Source: Catajapyx aquilonaris (lineage: Eukaryota). Taken from it: a DNA stretch of 64,000 nucleotides. The translations under genes were made by a program, and so were the position numbers. Numbering within the stretch: position 1 is the stretch's first letter; every line of letters begins with the position of its first letter. Shown here in pieces: positions 34,047-47,836 of the stretch. The stretch is taken from the NCBI GenBank assembly GCA_000934665.2, contig KZ538295.1:248001-312000 (forward strand), written 5' to 3'. A model generated the notes under the pieces. That model did no database searches. It was not told the DNA's origin and saw only the letters and a list, made by a program, of their open reading frames with translations.

Positions 34047-37000
34047 TTAAAAATAGTGAAGATTATAGGTTACTATTGAAGGCAATTTTTGGCAATCGCT
34101 TATGAATAATATTTTTGCACAAAGTCATGGAGCAAGGCGATAGATCTGACGCCCAAGTATTTTCTGTATAATCCTGAGAGAAACGTGCGGATTTTTCACC
34201 CGAAGAAAAACGGAGCGTTGGCGGGCAAAATGGCCGCAGAGGCAGAAATTAGTGACGGGGGCGTTGCATATTTTGCTATTAAAAACCAGGCGCCGACTAT
34301 TTCGGTGTTTGGGGGGTGTTTCGCGAGGGGGGGGGCCAAAAAAGCAAGCAGGCATAGACACGGTGGCGGACACTGACTGCCCCCTTACCTACCTCATTTG
34401 CGCCTGCACCTTCTGGCACTCTTCCTTGGCTTCATTCTCAAGTTTTTCGGGGGTCTATTTTCTTCGTTATGGTTCCTTCCCAATCTACGCAAGCACATGG
34501 CCTTGGTTTTTTTCCCCTCACACATACAGTGTTCACAAAAATCCTTGCAGATTTTTTTCCCCCTCCAGCTCAACCCTCCCCCTCAAAAAATACTACAACT
34601 ACAGAGCGAATTTCCAAACAAAGCTATAGATAGAAAAACCCGCCGATTCGAGCCGCTGTTAAATTGTGGATTATGTATACACTCAGGGGCGGAGCACATA
34701 TCTGGCGTAAAGGGGGTCGCCAATATTTGTGCAATAAGTTGGCTCAGCGTGTCACCAAATCCATTTGGGAGGTAGGAACGGGCGGGACATTACTGCATCT
34801 CATCGGGAGAGTGCGTTAAACTGCGGCAGTCAAAAGCGATGGTACCACTGGAGAGGCAGCTATAATAAAAGAGAATCTGTAAAAAGCTGCCGCATCACTC
34901 GCTATCATTTGAACTCCAGCCTAGGTGGGGCAGGACAAATTTTTTTTTTAGTGAACTAGGGGAAATTGCTCAAAAAGCAGATCAAAAAAATACAGGGGAA
35001 AGGTGGAACTCACCTGGCATTTATTATGATGCAGGTATCTGCTAGCTGTGGGGGTATGTGTGCAGTACGTATTAAAGGCTGCCGGATTCGGTTCGGTGCT
35101 CGGGGTGTCCCTAACTTATATGAGAGAGAGGAAGTTTGAGTAAACACATTGCAAAGTCTGATTAGTGTAGCTTCACTCCCAGAACTATATACATGTAAAA
35201 GAGGGGGGGGGGGATCCAAGGATGAATCCTTCCCCACCCAGTTTCCTTAATGGTTTTACAGGTGAAAAGGGAGGCGCGCACTATATCTTTTGATTCACAA
35301 ATGAGTCAGAATTTCATTACAAATTTTTTCCTCTCTTGTGGATTAATTTTCTCCAGTGTGCCTGATGAGTATCCCCTCAGGAATCAAGTAACTGGCAGGA
35401 TCTGATTGAAGTCAAAGCGATCAAACGGCAAAGTTATCTCGACCGTTTCCGACGGATGTTACCGGGGACTTGAAACGCTGGCACTTTTGTGCGGTTGTTA
35501 AAGTAGCAGAGTAATCGAGGACGGCCATTAAAAGTTAATTTATACCCACCTCCACCTCCTACCTGCTCCAACCCCCTGCACACTTTTTCTTTTCGCTCGT
35601 CTCATTAGCAGATTCGTCGCTGGCTGCTAGCGCCAAGGATAGTGATCAGAGACATTTTCCTGGACTACTCCCTCCCTATTTCTTTTTTGAAAAAAAAAAG
35701 AGACGGACCAGCAGGGGATGGGGAGGTTGGGTTCTCAAAATGACATCAGCAGACTAATCCCTGAAAAGAGAAGAGCTGGCAGAATCCCATGCTCTGGAGA
35801 CCATCCTCCAGAGGCCAGGCAAGCGGCCGCAAGAAGAATAGCAATGGCACAAAGGGAATAATTCAGCAGGGTTGACATTGTTGGCAACCGTCATCCCAAC
35901 ACACACACACACACAGTCATGCTATTGATGCAAGTCCTGGCCTTGATCCCCCAGGGCTTTTTCTCCCCCCTCCTCACACTAAAACCTGCAACCAGTAGTA
36001 CCTAATTTTCTTTCGCAAAAGGAACATCCTGCGATTCAATATGAGAGCCATTTCGATGCAATTTGTAAGAAATTAATTATGAGCCGACTTATCCTACCAC
36101 CGACAACCTTTCAGTCATCCGTGTACACCCGGTTGTATTTCGTAAGGCGTAAGCTTTGGCAAGTCGATCCGTAGCAACTTGTTTTATTCATGGACAAATT
36201 CTACCCACCCTTCCAACCAGCTCTAGACGAGTGTTTGCCAACTGCGCACCTAGAAAACCCCCTGCGACAGTGCACACTGTCTTTTCACATCAATTTAAAA
36301 CCTGCTGGCAAGTTCACAATCGGCTCGTGATTTAAAAAGAAACGTTTCCCTCCCATGTAACTTAATTCGAACAAACAATACAATTTTTTTTATATAGTCA
36401 AACTCTGCCCCCCATTTTTTTTGGAGGGGGGGACGTCCCCCCGATCCTTTTGTTAACAGCCAGAAAGAGAAAACGTGACAATGCAACATCCCCCATTTTT
36501 GCAGCAGTAACGAAGCTCCGATTCATCTGACCCATCTGAAGCAAAAATGGATGGTAGGGTATGGTGGGGGAGGTCCTACCAGGGGGGGAGTTACAGATAA
36601 AGTAATGCGATTAGGGCGGGACCGACATTCCATGAAACTCGGGCGAGAGACAACTTGTTAAGCTGGCCGAATTGCGTATTGTTCCGGAGAGCTTCCGGAG
36701 AGAGGAGAGGGGGGTGAGGTATGGTATGGCAAAAGCTGGTGGGGGGAACACTGTTGTCGCCCCGACGGGAACCTAATTGTCCGTTTCGACACAAAAGAGG
36801 TGGGGGGGTTAGGCTATGAATAAATTAAGTTTGTAAAGGGAGTTCCGGGATGCAGAATTTATTGAGAAGGAATAAGACTGTGACGATTTAAAAAAAAAGG
36901 TACAGCATTGTTGCAATGGCATGCATTTTTTGAGGGGGGGGGGGNGCAGCAAGTAACGAGCCAATTACATAAGAATACACATACCCAGCAGTACAGAGGC

Positions 37001-40000
37001 AGATAATTGGGGGGAATACATTATAATCAGGCCTCGGAATCGCAAAAAAAAAAATCTGGCGTAATTACGAGCATGTTTCCGGAACATAAACCATGATGCG
37101 GATAGTTCCGGGGGGGTTTTCCGTTGGTCCATCCCCCCCACACTAGTGAAAAGCAGCACAGTCAGGTGTCTGAGCCCAGCATGCGCACCAAAGGAAAAAC
37201 TAATCACATTACATACCCGATTAGCGTAATTTCCACACAATTTGCCATGTTGACTCTCATAATGATTTCCTCAATCTCCTCCCAATTTCAGACCATTAAT
37301 TTTGATCGTGCACCACTTTTTTTTTGCGATACTTCCCTGTTTGCGCTCTCGGTTTTATGCATCCGAATTGGTCAGGGATCGATTTCGGGGAGTGTGGGCC
37401 TAGCCCTTCTAGGATTGTATCCATGCTTAACACGAGGGGGTGTCTCTGGGGCATCCCGGGAAAACCTCAGGGGTCATTTGCCCCTTCCATGCAGTTTTTT
37501 TTTTTGCGAACTATATAGGTTTTGCATTTATCACTGTTGGCCCAGGAAGCAGCTCGAGTTTTGTGGGTGCGAAATGAAGCGTGCAGCTATTGGATTAGGC
37601 GTCTTGAAGCAACGAGGACAGCGTATTGGTTTCTCATCCGTCCTGGGTTGTCAAACCTACGCTGGTATTCTTCTTAAGAGGCCTCGGTATACATGTGAAA
37701 ATGGCCAGGTGCTGGACCGCTTCCCCATGTTGTTTTCCCTTAGACTTTGCTCTCTCTCTCTCTCTCTCTAGGAGATGTATTGATTGTAAGGTGGGTGGGG
37801 AGGTACAGACAAAAAAAAGGCGATGCAGAGACGCTGCAGACTTGGTGAAAAGTGTGCGGGTGAAAAGTGTGCGTATTTAAATTGCATGGTGTGAATGAAT
37901 GTTGGATAGGAGGAGGAGACAAGGGAGATAAGGTCAACTGAGGTCTACAATGTTGGGCACAGCTCACGGTCAGAAGAGCAGAGGCTTCCATAGGCAGCAG
38001 GATGATAATGCGGAGTGTCAGGACTCCTTGATGGATGGGAAATCCATGAAGGGAAAGTGGGGGGGGCTGCCTTTTCCTTTTGCTTGGGAGAGAGGCCTTA
38101 GAGCTGGGGCTGCTAAAGCTATACCTTGCTCCACTCTGCAGAATTGCCTCTGCATTTTCTTGCCACTGTTGCGGGAAGGTAAAATAAATAAATAAGAAGG
38201 AAGCAGTGATCGAAATTAATTCCACTGCTAAGAAATTAATTTCCAACTGCTAAGATCCCTTCATATATAGGAGAAACTTGATCACATTGTGTTGTTAATC
38301 TTCACTATTTACATGCCCCGCCTGCTCCGTACTTATTATAAGCACCTGTCTCGTTCATTGCGTACATTATCACCTGTGAATCCCACTTCTTCACTAGCCA
38401 GTGACACATTGCTGAAAGAAACGTAATATATGTACCACCACACCCATATTGTTTTTGCACCCAATTTTTTCTCCTCCCAGAGAATGAAATCAGGCGGGGA
38501 GTTTTTCTAGTGTCAAGCCCCCTTAATTAATGGCCTAGAGATTTAAGCCTCCTTGTTTTTCCTTCTTCCCTCCCTCCCCTTTGCGAAATAAAGATGTCTA
38601 AAAGGAGCTCGACCACCTGGTTATACCACCCGAGAGTCCATCGGTGCACACGACGCCATCAATTAGGAATGGACGCCAGTGTGGTCGTAAAATGCAAAAG
38701 GTTTCGGTGCGAATAGGTTAATGGTGAACTTAAGTGTGTAATGTCTGGAGGATATGTTGGCTCTAAATGTACAGGGTATGCCATGACCACAGTTCAATAC
38801 TTAGATTATGTATCGAATGTTATTGTCACGTCTGTTGCTTCTTGATGGTGGTTTCTGGAGTGAGAGACTCTTGATTTCTTTTGGGCAGTGCACCACCCTG
38901 TATATAATTCCCCTCCGCGGGTGGGCCTCAGAAGCATCGGACTTGGCGAGGAGACCAGGATTTTCGCAGGCTGGCACCACCGCGGGGTGCCATAACTCAC
39001 TGGCAGAGTCTGGAGAGAATGAGGAGAAAGCATGGGGCCTATAGTCACATAGGTCACATAGGGCTTCATCTTCTCCACCCACACCACCCCACTTCCTTTG
39101 TGCTCAACATGCCTATTCTTCCCGACACAGTCCCCAGAATAGCCAACAGGGAGCTGAAACATGTCTCTTCCCCTTATGAAATCCATGCGGGCTCATTCCA
39201 CAGCGTGTATGTATGGTGATGGGGTTCTTTGGAGAGATGTAATTATGAAGGAGGCTGGGCGACAACAAAACATTGTTGTCGAGTTGACGACGGTGCTTGA
39301 CGGTTGTGATGTAGTGGTTTCAGAACGGTGCGCAGCATCACGCGATGAGCAGAACAATGCGAAACAGGTGCACAGGGTGAGGCATAAAGGATGTGACAGC
39401 ACGCATTATCCTGATGCTATATGCAACCATCATGACAGCGATGAAAGCCTGACAATGTGTGTGTGAATATGTAACATTGGGACTCGTTCCTCTTTATGAT
39501 GAGGCAAGAAAGTTGGAAGGATGGTTGGATTCCGTCTCGCCTATCTTGCAAGTGGTGTTATACGCTAGGCTGAGTGGGGAGGAGTAGGCACATTAAGATG
39601 AAAAGAAGCTGCTCCAGTATATATGTAACATGAAGAGAGAGAGAAAAAAACACACACACACAGGCAGATGCTGGGGGGATCCCACACACATATGAACACC
39701 CTTTTGTCTCTGATCCCACTTGGTAACCTGCCTGACGTTTTCGCCGCCATGGAATTTTGATTGCATTGTTTGGCTTCCGACCATACCAGCATCTTGAAAA
39801 AGATGGACCAAAGACAAAGAGGGAGGAGGGAGTCATTTTTTAGCACCAACTGTTGAACGGTCAAGTGCCAAAAATTTAGAGTGTGCGAAGTGCTGCAGTT
39901 ACATGGAGGTAACGGGATATGGAGAGAGGGTTGTGTAGAGTACAGAGAGAACATTTTTGCAGCCTGGGAATGCGTGGCCGGTGACTCATGATGTCTATTG

Positions 40001-43000
40001 TTGGTGCCCCATAACTTATGCTCCCTCATTTATGAGTGCCATTTGGAAAGAAAGAGACTTGACAATGCTTCTTGAGCAGATGTGGCGCCTCGTATTTAAC
40101 AAAGTTGCTCATTTTTCACAAATATAATTAGCACGTTGAACTTTCGGAATTTGATTTATTTCATGATTAATATATGTGCCTATTCCGGGCTTACACTATT
40201 TAAGTACCGAATCTGGTTTGATATTAAGCCCAATTTTATTATCATTATATGACGACACTGATCAGCAACATATGCTCAGTTGCTCTCCAGCCAACATCAA
40301 CATGTCAATCCCCAACAATTAATTCTACCCGTTGCGAAATTGACACCCGCGGAATGAATTTGTCATGGGAAGCAGCAAAAATTCAGGGTCTCCCTCCAAT
40401 AATTAATCTATTCCGTTCTGGCAGACTTCTGGCAGAGGTTGGAGGAGGAGTGTGGGGGTTGAGAGGTTACGAGGTGGAAAAGTAGGGCTTGTTGAGAGGC
40501 GAGGAGAGAGGAAGACTCTCGAGGTGTGGGTTTTGAGGTGAGTGACAGCCGACGGTGAGAAGTGACTGCTTCTTCTGGATGGGTTGGGTTTGGGTTTGGT
40601 GGGTGGAGGGTGTTATAGTATATGGTAAGAGAGAGAGTTGGTGGGGGTTGAAGCATTTGTCAGGCTCAATTGGTTGAGGAGAGATCGGCGACGCTGATGA
40701 CGGGTTAGAATCAACAAAGACTGGGGGTCGAGATATACAGATATTTTGAGAGTAGTGGCCATGGTCCATTCCAATGTAGAGGGGGGTCTAAAGTTCAGTA
40801 TGTCTTAAAAATTATACACACGGCATTGACTTTTTTTCCGTAAGCTTGTAAGAAGAAGCCAGTCTAATAATAAATATGACGCATAAATTGACATTCAAAT
40901 AACCTATTGGAAATACCCATCAGTACTCTGAATTCACAGATTAATAAAACCACGACTGAAATGCATGCGAGGTATGCTAATAATATAATTCTGTGTTGCA
41001 TAATGTTGACCTACCAACGTTATTTGAAAATCATTCCTCTGTTTATATTCAATCTGCAAAACTAAACATTACAGGAAACTATGCCATCGGCCTATTAAAT
41101 ATGTTTCTGACTTCTGTGAACACAAGCCGATAAAATCACATCTAAATTTATAAAATGTACTAGTAGTGGTTTTTCCATTGTGATTAATTGAATTTGAAAC
41201 AGTACAAAATTCTTCAACCGGTCCTAATCGGCTTGAATAAATGCTGCTGTTCCTTACAACAGACGAGCTCAAAGGGTGGGCCATTGGACGCGACGACACC
41301 CAAAATTTAACACCCGTGACACTCGACTTCTTGGTGTCACCTCCAGATGCCTGTACCCCGACCGACCGTGCATCCTGTTGTACCGCTAACACGTCCGTAC
41401 ACGACAAAAGAACGCGGTGGCGATATCTTTCCGCAAGAGTCCATAAAGGCATCGCATAGCTCAATTAGTCGTCTACTGCGTGCAAGGCAGCAGAGGCCAG
41501 GGCCAGAAGACATTAGTCCTCAGGGTCCCCAAGAGGAAAAGAATAATAGTCGCGAAGAGAGCGATCGGGCGGGGCAAAAACAGCTGCGAAAAGGCTGAGA
41601 ACAAAAGGAGTAGGATGCAATAAATAAAAGAGAAAAGGTCGAGCGAATCCATCTTGTGTTGGGATGCTGGAACATTCCTAGGCGTCGGCGCAGAGGAGGA
41701 ACAACGCCGATTGGAATGTGGCTGGGGGGAAAACAAAGGCCTGGATGAGCACTGGAAAATGAGCTGGCGAAGGACTAAATGCTCTGGCTGCAAGGGGATG
41801 AGTTGGCTCCTCCCAGATGCTGCATGGACCAAAAGGTTCCAGCCAAATTACAATGAGCAAATGGTGTCACCAGGCACACAGGAAGCGACAGATTTTGACC
41901 AGACGTGTTTACATCTCTACTCGGGCGGACCTTTAAAGCTTTATCCACAGGTATAAACACAAAGGAGAAGGCCAGCAGGCGCTGAAATGGCGTGGGCTGA
42001 AGGTTTTCTCTGAGAAATCGAGTGGGAAAGCAGCTTCCCTAAACACGATCCATCACAAGCCGCGGAAGCTTTTTGCTCTAGAAAACAACAAAGGGATCAG
42101 CACATATTATTGCGAAATTCTTGGCCAGATGTAAAAAGCATTTTTGGCCAAATTTGTTCAATTCATTTTTTTGCATGGTATAGCACTGCTGGCTGAAGAA
42201 CAGCTTCTGGCGCAAACAAGTCGAGTGAATATTGGAGATGAAGGGTGAGAGTGCGAGATCACACGTTGATGATAATTTCGCCGGAGACTGGTTACCTTTG
42301 CAATTATAAATGCTGTGGGAGGGAGAGGGGGGGGGGACCCTCGGAGTTTGGAAGCGACGCTTGGATGCTCAGGGAAACATATAAACCTCTCTCTCCCTGT
42401 GCCGGTTCCTTCGCCATGTCTGTTGCCATGTGCCATGCAAATTCGCCCATTGACACCGCACATTATTCGGGCGGATCTCATGGGAGAACAAAAACCCCCC
42501 CGCCTTGCTCCTTGAGATGGCTCAGGAATTGACTAATTAGCAAAACCCTAGGTCCATTCTGAGCCTCTAAAATACGGGCGTCTCCGTGGATTCTGTCCCG
42601 CCACAACCGCACTCCACGACCCAAACCTTGATAATCACTCCTATTTCCCCTGCAACCCAACAATGCACCCTACCCCCTTATTAACCGCAAACTTTTTTTT
42701 TCTAACTCTCTACCCCCTCGGTAATGATCATTTCAAATCCTTCCTGCAAACCTCCCCCCACTCTCCTCTTCACTAATAATGCCTTCTCTTCTCTCAAGCC
42801 TCGGTCTCCGGCCCACAATGCAAATCCGAATTTAGTGGATCCAATGGACCGTGAAGTGTTATGGTGAACAGAGTCATTACCGAGCCAAGCAGATGGAGAA
42901 AGCCAAGATATACTAGGGGAAGGTATAATAGACTCTTCCCTTTGTGACTCAAGGAGGACATTGGAACAATGGGTGCAAGTCAAATGTCCTCCATGTTTCG

Positions 43001-44283
43001 AGTGGGCGCCTGGGTCTCCCCCGATCCCTCATTAAATCCCCCAAAAAAGTCGGATTTTTTTTTTTTTTTTGCATGCTATTCTCTGGGTCTTTTCTGTTTG
43101 GAGTGACTTCCCTTCTTCTTTTCTTGCAGGAAGCCAAACAAGACAATTTAGCTCCAGACTGGCGCTGAAAACACTGACTGGTAAGTCCCCTTTTCATGTA
43201 GACTGTAGACCAACAGTGAATTTCTTGGAAATACACTTTATAAAAATATATATTTTTGTTTAACTATGAAAGGGCTTAATCACGTTGGGCTATAAAAATA
43301 ACTCCTACATTTAAAAAAAAAAAATGGCAAATGTCCTTCCCACTTGGGTCACGTTGCATGATGCTGCAATCCAAACTGCAAATGGTGGCCCTTGCAACGT
43401 GATTTACGTAAAATTTTTGTCATCTCTAAAATTTCCACTACTACTTTATATCCAGTGGGTGCAACCCTGCGTATCATTCGGTGTAGCCTATACAGCATTA
43501 GGTTAAAAGTTCATTTTTGATGGCACCGGGAATGGGGACGGGGTTGATGCTACCCCCCCCCCCCTGCTTTGCTGACAATAGACTAGCTGCCCGATAAATG
43601 AACTGTAAAACGGACCTTTCAAATAGCTGGGCTGGTATAATGTATCACACAGCCCCATGCAGTCTCCATGGGCATATCGTTCCATCGCGTTTGTTTAGCA
43701 GCTACCCATTAAGCGTGGCCACAATGCGCTTTTTAATCTACTAGTTAACGATCTAAAAAGGGTTATTTTTTGTATTTAAAAATGAGCCCAATGTTGTAGT
43801 CATTGTAAATTATAAATAATAAACGGCTGGCGTGTAAAGAGGTCGTGTTCCGTCCACAATAACTTGAGCGATAATCGAATTAACGGCTGAACTTTATACA
43901 TGTTTCTGTGTGTCAGTGTTAGGCCCTAATCGCATACACACTGTATGAATAATGCTGAAAATGCTGAAAATGCTAAAAAATATTTACTAGTCGCGGAAAT
44001 ACTGGGGACAGAGTTTATCCTGACCGTGTATGCAACTTACGCGTCACTGGTGTTCGCCACAAAAGGGGGCACTGCATCGGGTAAACAAAAAAAAACATCA
44101 AATTGGCATTCATTGGCTCTCCTGTGGCGTGCCAGTGCAACTCAGGCGTACCCTAGAGGACCTAACTGTATTGTGCATGTTATGCCGGACCATTTAATAG
44201 TAGAACCGCACAGTAAATGTTGTGTAAACTGCTTTTGACACAATTTTTTTCCAGCTGGTTTGCGCCATACGCATTGTTAGGCA

Positions 44284-44528
44284 TCTTATATGTATACAGT
44301 ATAGCAGAAAGTTTGTTGGTATTGATGTATGTCCGGACGATCTAACCACTACCGGTGTACTGATAGTGCTGAAACTTGGCATATTGATGTAAAACGGCTG
44401 ATTCCTTTTTTGAGTGTAAATACCTCAAAAAAATTGGATTTTTAAATGGTTGGTGTTTTATCTGCGGAGATTTTGGCACATTAATTTTATTTAATGAATC
44501 ATCGTGCGAAGAACGGGTTCCCTGCTAG
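44284..44528 (+). mobile_element. Non-autonomous Helitron-like element, family A copy 3
   Basis: Plausible 5' end A|TC, then ...TATAGCAGAAAGTTTGTTGGTATTGATGTATGT. The 3' end is CGTGCGAAGAACGGGTTCCCTGCTAG|T. This gives the Helitron hallmarks: 5'-TC, 3' hairpin plus CTAG, insertion between A and T. Confidence 0.8.
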
Positions 44529-45287
44529 TTTTCCAATAAAATTCGAATTTTTCCCTTAATTTTTGAGTCCCAGGTTGTATAACTTGGAATATAGCTCCGT
44601 GTCTCTCTCGGAGTGTGCGTCGTCGAAGCAGCAGCATCAACCCCTACCACCTCCCACTTTCCCCTTGCCGTCGTTGGCCCCCGCGTTTTATTTCTCGATG
44701 CCATTAGAAGGGCCTACCCCTGCTACCACCCGGGAGCCCCGTCCCCAAAGGGGATTATTGACCTGGATAGCTAGAGCAGGCGATGTAATCCGGCAGCCCC
44801 CAAGTGGAAGCAGGCAAACTCCCAGGGTGACAAGCCTTGGAATGTTGCAGTTTAGCAAAAGGGGGGGTGGAAGGATGAGGGGGGGGGGGGGAGACCATTG
44901 TTGGCAAGCGGAGTTTGATTTTGTTTCCTCCAAACACCCCCCTGACGAACTGTGGTTGGTTGGTTCACCCCCCCCCCCCCCCCTAGTGCTTTCAAGCAGC
45001 TTCTTTTGGCACGATCCAACAATACAGCAGTGTTCGTCAATGGCAGTTAATGCACCAAGTCATTAATCATCGGAGGTCTTGTCGAGCCCTGTGCCGGGGA
45101 GGGTCCTATGGGAAAGATATCGGTAGAGGGGGAGTTTGTGGGCCAAAGGGTATATTCAAAGCCTCGACAATACAATCGGCTTCCTTTCCATCAACATCCG
45201 ACACTTGTTTCCACTCTACTATACACGGCACCTAAATTGGTTCCGGTCGGATTATTGACCTTGATCAGTCTGGATTCGCAATATCTA

Positions 45288-45890
45288 CACTGTAATAATT
45301 GATGTACCTATACTTAGAAGTGGTATTTGTGATCAGCAAAATAATATCGTCTGCAGTACTGACTTGAAAATGGTACGTAAAATATCGTTTACAGAACTGA
45401 CTTATTCAGATGTACTGACTTGAAAATGGTACTGTCCATCACTATGTATCGATTTATGTACCGACAGGACGTACAATATCGTCTACGCTGTAGACGATAT
45501 TTGACGTCCAAGTCGGTGCAAGAATCGGTACATAGTGATGTACCATTATCAAGTCAGTTCTGTAGACTCTACAGAACTGACTAGTTGAAAAGGGTGCAAT
45601 ACCGATTCATGTACCTACTTGGAACTAGTACAGTATTTTGTGATAAAAATACCATCTACAAGTCAGTACTCTAGATGGTATTTGACATCCAAGACGGTAC
45701 ATGAATCGGTACATAGTGATGTACCATTTTCAAGTCGGTACATATAAATAAGTCGGTCCTGTAGACGGTATTTGTTAATCACAAAAATCACTGACTTGGG
45801 CGTCAAATACCTTCTACAGTACTAACTTGTAGACATTATATATTTTTTGATCACAACTACCTCCAAGTTGGTACATGAATCGGTACGTAT
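45288..45890. repeat. Foldback-like block built from short modules in both orientations (probable non-autonomous DNA transposon)
   Basis: Recurrent modules ACTGACTTGAAAATGGTAC, CATGAATCGGTACATAGTGATGTACCAT and AATATCGTCTAC occur with their reverse complements. There are large imperfect hairpins at about 45387-45568 (centre AATATCGTCTAC-GCT-GTAGACGATATT) and about 45601-45710. Confidence 0.8.
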
Positions 45891-47029
45891 ACTGTCCATG
45901 CATATATCATCTGGCTGCACTGGTGCTCAAACCCTGAATAAAAGAATGAGCCTATTGGATTCCGGCGTTGCTCCGTCGCCTCCTCTGATGACAAATTGGG
46001 AACAGCGGTCCCCCGGATTGTAAGGTCGGACACGGAAGCCCCGGAGTTTCCGCGAGAGGGGATTTTCCAGGAGAGGAAGAGCAGCCGGGCCCAAAACCAT
46101 TGACGTTTTCATTATCGAAGAGCGGAGAGGAGCATAGGGACTACAAGGGGGGAGGAGGGGGGGGGGAGGATTTTAAAAGATTTAAATCGCTTTCCGGCGT
46201 CCCATGGCCGCCATTCTCCTTGCCTGCAGTCGCCGGATTTGGGGATTGGTTAGCGTCGCAAGATCCCCCCCTGTTCCGCCCTGCAAGAGCGGCAGAATGG
46301 GCATGGAGAAGAGCAGAGGGGGGGTTAAAGGGGGTGGGGGAGGGCTGACAGAGGGAGGGAGAGGGGGTGGAATTCCCTGAGCCCATACAACTTGGTTCCC
46401 GATAGTTTCCATTACATCAATCAAAGGACTGCAAAATTCGGCATTCAGCTTGCCGGAATTGTTTAGAGAGCGATCCCCTTGTGCTGGGGAAGGCCAAAAG
46501 AGCATTTTAAAAATCAGAATGAGATAGACGGGCGCACAATTCCAAAAGGAGTACTTTTCCGAGCTGGGTGGGTGGGATTGAGGAGGTTTCTACAAAGTCC
46601 GTATCTCTAAAGTCCCTCTCTCTCTCTCTCTCTAGCTCGGCCCCTCCCAGCTAGCAAGCGGCGCATTCATTTTGTTCTTTTCAAAGTTGTTTTTTTTTTT
46701 TCTCCCTGAAAAAAAAGTATCACAGGCCACTTTTCCCTGGCGCTTATCTTCTGGACTTTCTAGCAGCAGGAGATTTACCTCAGGTTCTTCTTCCCTCTAT
46801 AATTAGACAAAACTGCAGCAATGCAGAATTTAGCGAATGATGGGGACGGGGCTAAACAGCCGACAATGCTTGGCACCTGCCCATACCCGAGCTGACAACA
46901 CCTGGCATCATACCAGGTGTTGCATGTTGCTTCGCCCAAATGATACGGGTTTCATAGACACTCATAGAGCTCATCAACAGCTATGTTTGTGACTATGGCT
47001 GCTATACTGTCTCACTAGCTGTTATAAAA

Positions 47030-47500
47030 ATTTTAGAGTGATTTTGCACTCCTTCCTCCACCTCTATTATATCACTCTTTTTGAGTGAAATATTTTCACT
47101 CAAACTGAACAGTCATGACACTCAAATTGAGTGGTATATTTCACGTACCGAATGATTATACTTCCTCTCATTATTACTCATTTTAGAGTAATTTCCCATT
47201 CAGTTTGAGTGCTTTTGTACTCGCTGTTAAATACCTCTATAGTCTCCAGTATCACTCTTTTTGAGTGAATTATTTTCATTCAAACTGAGCGGTCACGTTA
47301 CTCAAATTGGTTGGTATGTTTCACTTGCCGAAATAATAGACTTCATCCCATTATCACTCATTTATAGTAATTTTCCACTCGATTTGAGTTGAATCCACTC
47401 TTTGTGGAGTGAAAATCACTCAAAAATAGCATTATTTTTTTCAGAAAGTTCTCATTTGTTTGAGTAGTGTATAATGTTCACTCAATTTTTTTAGAGAGTA
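47030..47500. repeat. ACTC/GAGT-rich repeat with a 180-bp tandem unit
   Basis: ATCACTCTTTTTGAGTGAA.TATTTTCA.TCAAACTGA occurs at 47071 and 47251 (period 180), with a partial third copy near 47395. There are many ACTC-N(4-5)-GAGT mini-palindromes. Confidence 0.8.
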
Positions 47501-47836
47501 TGCGAAGATTAAAATTGCACTTTTTTGAATTTCGCGCGCATGCTGTGATGTCATGCGCCATGAGCCGCCACATTAGGCATATTGGCGCATGACGTCAGAG
47601 CTGAGACAATATGGCCGGCCCCCATGTCCTGCAATGTCCCCAACTCCCTGGCACCTTAAAATTGATGGCCTCGACAAGACTGTTGGCTCCGGACCAGCTC
47701 GACTTTTCCAACTAATTGTGCCTAATGAGCCTCGAGAATATAGCCCTACCCGCCGGCACAATCAACTAACTGGCACCCCGACAGGTGTAAACGCGACTTC
47801 TAATTTGGACCCCCCCCCCCCCCCCACACCCCCCAC

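Noticed and set aside
33747..34342. 15-bp inverted ends TTTTTGGCCCCCCCC / GGGGGGGGCCAAAAA around the CCTAA array
   Set aside because: A low-complexity match in a homopolymer-rich window with no TSD, insufficient to call TIRs.
37124..37771. Longest gap-free ORF (215 aa, plus strand)
   Set aside because: Non-ATG start, low-complexity content, no recognisable domain, and it runs through homopolymers and a CT repeat. Consistent with chance.
38772..38900. TA|CAGGGT...ACCCTG|TA mini-element
   Set aside because: Only 6 bp of inverted match. It may be a decayed MITE, but that is not supportable.
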